From Rubripirellula sp. (GTDB lineage: Bacteria; Planctomycetota; Planctomycetia; Pirellulales; Pirellulaceae), in contig OZ244207.1 of assembly GCA_965216875.1 (NCBI GenBank), positions 6,592,001 to 6,656,000 on the forward strand: a DNA stretch of 64,000 nucleotides. Direction: 5' to 3'. The notes below the pieces were generated by a model. The model was not told the origin of the DNA and made no database searches. It saw only the letters and a program-made list of their open reading frames with translations. A program made the position numbers and the translations under genes. How positions within the stretch are numbered: the stretch's first letter is position 1; the number at the start of each line of letters is the position of its first letter. Below are positions 17,901-26,900 of this stretch, piece by piece.

Positions 17901-20900
17901 AAGGCAATCTGGGGAGATTGAAGCGGGCCAGCACCATCAGGGTCGGGATAGATCTCGGTGACGACGCGATCAAGATCGTCGTAAATGAATTGAGTGGTTC
18001 GTCCCAGCGGATCCATTGCGGTGATGGCGCGGCTGACCACGTCATATTCAATCTTTGTCACCGGACGCCCTTGTTGACCGGGGCCATCGGGGTCGGCGGC
18101 GATGACGTGAGTGCGACGATAAAGATGATCGAATTGATAGGCCGTTGTGTTTCCCAGTGAATCGGTCATGGCGATTTGGTTGCCAATGGCGTCATACGCA
18201 TAGGTCATCACGGGTGCCTCGAGGGGCCCGGCGTCATCTGGGTCGGGGTAGGTTTCTTGGACGATGCGGCCGAGGTCGTCGTAGAAGTATTGCTGCCGTC
18301 GTCCAAGCGGATCGACTGTCGCGACGGTTTGGTCAGCGGCATCGTATTGGTATTGTGCGATTGGGTTTGCGTCCGGCCCATCGCCATCGGGGTCAGGCAT
18401 GATCACACGGACAAGTCGGTGATGCTGGTCGTATTCAAACCGCGTTGCATTGCCGAGCGGGTCAACGACGGCAATCCGATTTCCGACCGGATCGTAAGCG
18501 TTTGTGACAACCGGATTTGACTCTGGGCCCGCACCATCAGGGTCGGGATAGACCTCGGTCGTTGTTCGTCCAAGGTCGTCGTATTGGTAGGCGATGACGC
18601 GCCCGAGTGGGTCGGTGACGCTGGTGATTTGTCCTTCGTGATCGTATGCGATTGTCGTGATGGGCGATTCAAGTGGGCCCACGCCGTCGGGATCACTGTC
18701 GATGCGCGAAATGAGCCGATAGAGATGGTCGTATTGGTAGTCCGTTCGATTGCCGAGAGCGTCGGTGGTTGAAAGAAGGTTTCCGGCGACGTCGTACTCA
18801 TGCGCCACGATCGGTGCCGACGCGGGCCCCGCTCCGTCGGGATCGGGGTGCGTGGTTCGGATGAGCAAGTTTCGGTCGTCATATTCGTAAGTAGTGACTC
18901 GGCCAAGCGGATCTGTTGTCCGCGAGAGGCGGTTGGCGTCGTCGTATTCGTACACGTAGATCGGTGCAACGTCGGGGCCGCTACCGTCGGGGTCGGGCAG
19001 TGTTTCGACAATCGGTCGGTTGCGCGCGTCGTATTGCGTTTCGACGACATTGCCGAGCGGGTCGATCACGCGAATTTGATTGCTAGCTCTGTCGTACTCG
19101 ATCGATCGGACTGGTGAGGAGAGCGGCCCGGCCAACCCGTCAGGGTCAGCCTCGTGGATTCCCACAAGCCGATAAAGATCGTCGTAGAAGAACTCGGTCT
19201 TACGCTTGAGAGGATCGACCGCCGATTGAATGTTGTTGGCCAAGTCGTACTGCAAGACGGTTTCGTTTCCAAGCGGATCGATCTCGCGTACCACTCGGTT
19301 TCTTGCATCAAATTGGGTGACCCAAACGTATCCATTTTTATCGATTCGTCGAACGGGGTTATTGTCCGCGTCGTAGATGAGCCGCTGGACCGCGCCCAGG
19401 GCATCGATGACGGCGGTCATCCGATTGCGCTCGTCATATTGATAACGCGTCACTCGTCCCAGACGATCGGTTTGACGCACGAGATTGCCGGAGTCGTCGT
19501 ATTCGTACTGCCACGATTGGTCGAGCGCGTCGGTCTTGCGAGTTCGCCGGTGAAGGCCGTCATATTCGTAGGCAACGGTTCCATGAAGCGCGTCGGACAC
19601 TTGAAGCAAGTTGCCGTGGCCGTCGTACTCGTACACTCGCCCTTGCGAAGTCTGGGGACCGGGGCCGTCCGGGTCGGGATCGACGGTATGAATCAGCCGG
19701 TTCAGTTCGTCGAATTCATATTCGGTTCGATGACCTAGTTCGTTGATCACCGCGGTCAGGTTTCCGGCGGCGTCATATTCGAGTTCACTGAATGCTTCAT
19801 CAGCTGTCCCGACGGCGAATGTGGTTCGTGTGAGTCGTCCGGCCGAATCGTATAGGTAGTTGGTGAGTCGTCCGAGCGGATCGGTCATCGAAGCAACTTG
19901 TCCGCTCGGCAAATACGAGTAAGTTGTGACCAAGTCGTCGCTGCCACCGACTTCGCCGATCACCTGAGTGATGGACAAGGCGTTGCCGGTGGCTGGGTCA
20001 CGCTCGATCAAGGTTTGGTTGCCAAGCTCATCGACGGTTCGAGTGAGTTGATTGAACTGATCGTCGTACTCAAACTGCTTGGCAAAACCCTCGCTTGTAT
20101 TGGGATTCGTGTTGCGAACGGTCACAAGCGATGTCATCCCGAAGCCGATCGTATAAATCTGGGGATCACTGGTGCCAAAGGCGTCGAGCAAGGTTGCGCC
20201 GATCGGATTGGGGGCGAGGAAGTAATCTTGGCGATCGATGAACGTGCCATCGCCGAATCCGATCATGACGTTGGCGACCGACGCATCCGCCGACGCGACA
20301 ACCACATCAAGAAGGTTGTCGTTGTTTAGGTCACGCAGCGAGAGGCTGACGGGATTGGGCGAGGTCGGGGTCGATATCGGATCACTAAACGTTCCATCTC
20401 CGCGGTTGACTAACACGCGGATCGTGTCGGTGTTTGGATCGGTGGCAACCAAATCAGGAGCTCCGTCGTTGTTGATGTCAGCCGACTCGACATGGGACAC
20501 TGCAATCGCAGCGGTCAATGGCTCACTGGCGAAGCTATGTCGGGTTGGCGGCGAAAACTCACCATCGTTGGACCCGAGTCGCAGTGTCACAAAGACATCG
20601 GTGGTTGATGTGCCCACCAGCACGACATCAAGTTGTCCATCGCGATCAAAATCATCGACGATTGTTTGTGTTGACGGATCGAGAACCGGGATCGGTGGGA
20701 GCGAGACGAAGTCTTGATTTCCAACCCCTCGCAGAACAACCATTTCGTTGGTTCCCGTGACGACAAGATCGCTGATGCCGTCACCATCAAAATCGCCCGA
20801 TTCGATCGAACCCGGTTGGTCGATCGTGGGAAGCTCGACAAGCACGCCGTCGTCGAATCCAAACCGACTGCCGAAACGAATGGAGACTTCGTTGTCGTTG

Positions 20901-23900
20901 GTCAGGGGCGTCAAGAGATCGGCAAAGCCATCGTCGTTGGCGTCGGATACCGAAACGGGCCCGGCAAATCCACCGAGTGCTACGGTTGTTGGTTGACTGA
21001 GGACGCCGCTTCCGTTGTTCTTGAGGATCGAAACGGTTTGGCTCAGGTACGACTGAGTGACAAGATCGACAAGGCCGTCGTTGTCGACATCGGCTGCGAA
21101 GATTCGATCTTGTGGCGACGGCAGATTCAATCCAACGCCAACGACTTGATTCGGGTCGATGTATGAACCATCTGGGAACGCCAAGTAGGGGCGAATGAAC
21201 CGGCCGAGTTCACTTACTGCCATGACATCTCTGCGGCCGTCGTCGTTGATGTCGGCAACGGCGAGTGAAGGCAGGTTGCCTCCTACAAAAACAGATTCGA
21301 CCGGTTGCAGGTTGCCCGAGCCGTCATTATTGAAGGTGACGAAACCACCACCGAGCACGCCGGCAACAATATCGGCATCTCCATCGCCATCGCTGTCAGA
21401 TACTTCGAGCAGGGATGTGGGCGGGGTGCCAGGAATCGGTGGTAGCGGCACTGCAAAGGGAATCGTATCCGGGGCATCGAATGTGCCGTTGCCTCGACCC
21501 AAAGCGATGGCGATCGCGCTGGATGCGTCGGTGGTGACAACATCAAACGCTCCATCACCGTCAATGTCGGCCATGGCGAGGTCGACAGGAGCAAACGCGG
21601 CAACGGTTTGGCGAATGGGCGATGCATAGGTCCCGAGCCCAGTCGACAACCAAACGCTTAGATTGTCCGCTGCGGTCTGGTTGACGGCGACAAGGTCATC
21701 TTGCCCGTCGGCGTTGACGTCAACGCTCACCAGACGGACAGTTTGAGTTGATGTCGGCAGCAAGTCTGGTGATTGAAACGTCCCGTCGGCGTTGTTGATC
21801 AGCAATTCAATGACACCGGAACTGCGTCCGAGCGTTGCGAGATCGGTCACGCCGTTCTGGTCCACGTCTAGGGCAATCAACGAATCGGTATCGGCGTTGA
21901 TCGCGACGCTCGAGTGTGCCGTGAACTGGCCATTGCCATCGCCCTTCAATAGGGAAAGCAGGCCATTGTCACTTGCCACTGCGATATCGACGGTGCCGTC
22001 CGAATCAAAGTCGCCAGCAACGCTGATCCTTGCTCCCGCCACCGAGACCGCAAAGGGAAGATCGAATCCACCGTTGCCACGTCCCGCGTAGATGGCGACT
22101 TCACCCGTGCCCTGTGTCGCCACGACAGCGTCGAGCAATTGGTCGCCGGTGACATCTTGAAGCATGACATGTGAGGGCTGTTGTCCGGTCAATTGAACCT
22201 GACCCGCGAAGATCGAATCATCGCCACTGCTGCGAGCAACCGCATCAGAAATCGTGACCAGATTACCGCGTTCGTCGTAGGTCAAAACGGTTTCGTTACC
22301 GCGGCCGTCAAGGGTGCGCGTGATGCGATTGTTGAAGCCTCGTTCGAACTCGGGCAGATTTGACAACGGGTCATTTTGAGAGATCGTTTGGCCGGCGCGA
22401 TCAAGACTTGCTGTAAGGACGTTGCCGTTGGCGTCAGCGACCGAGGCGATCGCCTGGCGTCCCAGCGAAACCGCGGGCGGCGCGGTCTGGGCGTTGCTTG
22501 TCAATTCAGGCGGAAGGACCGATCGCGACTGAGCGGGCGAATACTGAATCATCGATCCATCAGTGCGAGTGAACTGCCGAACGCGGCCTGCAAAATCGTA
22601 TTCGATCCGTTCCGAGTTTCCGTTTTTGTCCGTTTCGGAAGTGAGTCGGTGCTCGTCGTCATAGGTGAATTGCCGCTGGCTTGCGTCGGGGTCGACAATC
22701 TGGACGAGGTTACCATCTTCATCGTGTTGAAACGTTGTGCGGCGATCAGCGGGGTCAACGACTCCCGTCAACAGACCATCGCTATATTCCAACCGTGTCT
22801 CGAGTCCAACCGGATCAACGATTCGCAGCAACCGACCGTCGGTGTCGTAGTGGAACGTGGTTTGATTGCCGTTTCGATCGGAAATCGATTCGAGTTGATC
22901 GGATGCGTTGAACAGATAGACCGTTTGATCGGTCAAGACGCGACGAAAGGTTCCGTCACCGTTTTCGAAGATTCTCGAAAAGTCGCCCGGTGATCGAAAG
23001 AAATCTTCGCCAGCGACTCGCTCAAAAACCGACTCACCGCCATCACCATCGATTAGCAGGAGCGAGCCGTCGTAGTTCCGGACGATCTCTTGGAGTCCCG
23101 CGATTCCCCAGCCCGATCCGATCGGGCTATCAATCGAATTGATGTGAACCAGATTCGAATCAAGCTCGGTCGTGAGTCCTGCGTTTGCGAGGTTCTGTGC
23201 GCCACTGATGCGAAGGCGGGCCGTGTAGCCGTAGCGGCCAGACGGGTAGTCGGCGAGTTCGTTGATCTGTCGGCCGTGTCCGGCGGCGTCGAGCCCCGGT
23301 GTGATGGAGCGGTATTGATCCGAGGTTTCAATTGGCGGCAAACCGAGGCCCGCGCTGTTTCCGATATTTCCGATCGCCGTTCCCGGTTCGCGCAAAGGCA
23401 GCTCGGCCGAACCGCCATAGACCGTCATGCCAGCGACCAGGACAGGGGCATCAATGTTACGCCCTGGTTGTTGTACTTCGGAGTGAATGATGGGACGTGG
23501 GTCGGCACGTTCGGAGTCGTAAACCAATTTGACGGCGCGGCCAACACCTTGCGATTGGTACGCAGCAAGCGTGTGCGACTTATGCAGCGCGCCGGCATGT
23601 GTCGAAACGCTGGTCGATTGGCGGTCTTCCGGGGCGGTTAGCGGAGATTCGTGAGTCGACGCGGGGGCGGCACTTTGAGCACTGGGAAAGACCGAGTCAA
23701 CTGTTTGGCTTCCATTGGCGGAGGCGGCGTAATACAGAGAACTGTCGAGATAGTCGCCCGCAGCGGTCGCCACCCCAAACACCTCATCGCGAACGACGCC
23801 ATCGGCGCTGGCTGCCCCACCACTTGACCAAGAAGAAAAACCGTTGGAAGCACCCGGTGAAAGTGTGAAGCGGTTGGGAGGAGACGTTGGCGGTTGATCT

Positions 23901-26900
23901 GGATCTTGCGGTGTCGATGGCGCGTCGGAGTTTGGTGCTAACGAATGGTTGCTTGTCGCATTGAGAATCTCCGACAGGTCAAACGCATCGGGTTCATGGC
24001 GGTTTTCGCAATCGTCGCAATCTTTGTCGGCATTGTTGTTGTCGTTTTCTGGTGGTGTTCCGTTGGGAGGTGTGGTGGAGAAGTCATGCCAGCTACTATT
24101 TCGAATTCCTCCAGAGATCGTTTCGATCACCGAACCATCGTCGCTCACGCGTCCAACGCCGACGTTGTCAAAGTCACCCGTGATCGGGCTGATTGACCAG
24201 AGAATCATTTCTGTTCCGGGCGCATGGCCAGCGCGATTCGGTAGCGTTAGCGGTGCTGGAATTTCGAAGACCATTTCGCCTGGTTGGATCGTGACGACCA
24301 AGTCAGTGAACAGGCCAGCAGGAAGTGCGGCTGGTGTCACGTCGACAGGAACTTCGGTGATGCTAAGCAAGCCTGAGAAATCACCGCCGTTTTGATCTTT
24401 CAGCGAACCAGCTTTTACCAACACCGCGGCACCCGGGATCGCCGCCGTGGTGACGGTGGTGTCGACCGTTGGATCAACCGTTTGGCCGTTGGCGATGTCG
24501 AGTGCGGGAAGGTAGATCGGCCGACCGATTTGATTGTTTGATGCTTGGTAGAGATCTCGGCCGAGTAGCAGCGGGATCTTCTCGGCGATGAACGGATAGA
24601 CTTCCGTGCCAATAAACTCTTCGCCTCGGATGAGCAATGTGTCGGCAGTCGTCTCCGGCGCGACGCTCAGTTCAAACCGCCCTTCCTCATCAGTCGTGGT
24701 GGTGTTGTTGCCGAGTTCAATTGAGATGCCTGGGATCGGCTCGCTATGTGTCGAAAGGACGATTCCCGAGACTCGCGTTGTGCTGTCCGTGTCTTCCGTG
24801 ACTGATAATGAAACTGGAACAACTGTTTCGGCAGAACCATCCGAGACGACCAAATCGAATGAATACTCGCCCTCCTGACCTGGTGCGGGTGTGACAACGA
24901 GTTGGCCATCGGCGGATAAGTTGGCGATTGGCAAACCCATGGCGCTGCGGATGGAATAACGCAATCGATCGCCGTTGGCGTCGATCGCGGGATAGTCGGC
25001 TTCGAAGTAGCCACCGGCAACAACCGAAATCGGTCCCGGATCGGTCACCACTGGAGGTTGGTTTGCCCCCTGAGTAAGAACCGTGGGCCGTAGCGGTAGT
25101 GCGAGCCCGTTAGGGTTGCGAGTGACGATCGGCACAGAACCCGAATCCGATTCCGCGGCGAGCCCACCCGAGGGAGTTGCGTTGGAAAGATTCAAGTAGG
25201 GGCGATTCATCGAGTCGAGCCCGGATGCATTGAGCACCTCGACGCCAGCTGGTAGGTCATCGAAGCGAAACGCAACGCGGCGACCACTCGGCATCGATCC
25301 TGTGCGTATCCTTGCAAGTCCGACCAGGTGCCCGGTTGCCGGATCGATCCTCAAGTCTCGTAGGATGGCCTGCGCATCTGTGTCAACTTGAAAGCCGGCT
25401 AGGTCAATCTCGTCGCCGACGGGATAGACCGGTGGAGCGTTCGAGAAGGGACGCGACAGCAGGCTCGCTGATTCGTCGATCGCGATTCGTGAAATCGTTG
25501 CGATTGAATTCGAATCGGAATCGACGTTGATCCAGGTCGCGACCAATCTCGCGTGTTCCACATTCGACAGCAGACCCAAGTCGACAACCGCGTTGCTTCC
25601 ATCGAATCGTAGGATTGTCGGATCGTAGTCGACGCTATCCCCAGTGAAGCTGAGTAGTGACGGATTTCCATCGGCCCTCGTGACGAGCGGCACGGGAGGA
25701 TCCGAAAGCGACATGAGTTGGATGTTCAGCGTGTCCTCGCTCGCGTGCAATTCACTTGAGCGATCAGTGTTAACGTCAATCGTGAAGGTGAGGCTGTGGC
25801 GTGATTCGGTTGTCGGTACCGGAAGTTCGACCGAGGTGGTTGAGACGAAGGCCGATTCAGCGAAGGTGACGTTGGCTTCGTGGAAGAGGTCGATCGATGC
25901 GGTTGAAGTGTTACCGGCAAGATCGGATGCGACGACTGTGTAGGTTTCTCGCCCGCTTGATAATTGAACATCGAAAAGTTCAAAACTGCCGTCACTCGTG
26001 GTTGAAGAGGTTTGCCCTGAGACATGTATCTCTGCTCCGTGTTCTGCTTCTCCAGCGATCACGACGCTCGAATCACTCGTTCTCTGGTCACCAACGATTC
26101 CGGTATCGCTTTCGCGAGCAAGTTGGAGGTTGCCAATTGCTGGCACTGTCGTGTCGATGATCACTTGAGCTGTATCGGTAGGTGAGGTTTCGCCATGGAT
26201 CGTGGTAGCGACAGCAGAGAGGGTGTACGCACCGTCGTTCCAGGCGTAGGCACTCAAGTCGGCGACCCAATTGCCACTTGAGTCGATGGGCGTTTCAAAC
26301 GTGATTCCTGTGGGAGCAACCGTTAAAGTGACGAGGTCTCCTGCCCGACCGATGCCGTTAACGATGACGCGGTTGTCGGATGTGACAAAGTCCTGGTTGC
26401 TCGATCCCGTGTCATTGTCGAGTCCAATGATGGTCGGTGTGATGACGGAGGGTTGTCCGATCACAACGGTTGCCAGTTCAGAAGTGAGGCTGGCGTTTCC
26501 GGCCAGATCGATCGCATTTGCTGAGAGACGAAGTTCCAAAGGTGCGTCGCCGACGTGTTGTCCGAGATCGAGTGTGGCCTGCCACTGGCCATCGGCGGCG
26601 GTCGGGGTTTGTGCGAGCACGCCCAACGAAACGTCCGAGAGTGAGATTTGTGCAAGTGGCTCGCTGGTTCCTGTGACGACGATGGTTGTGTCGGCAGTGG
26701 ATCCCGCGATTTCGACTCCAAGAGAATCGGTGATCTTCACGATGCTCGGCGGCGCGGGAGCGATGGAGTCGACCACAACTAAGAAGTCGTCTTTGGGGAT
26801 ACTCTCGTTGCCCGCGCGGTCGATGGCGACGGCGGCGGCGGAATACTCCCCATCGTCAAGATTGATCAGACCGCTCTCCCAATTCCCCTGGTCATCCACG

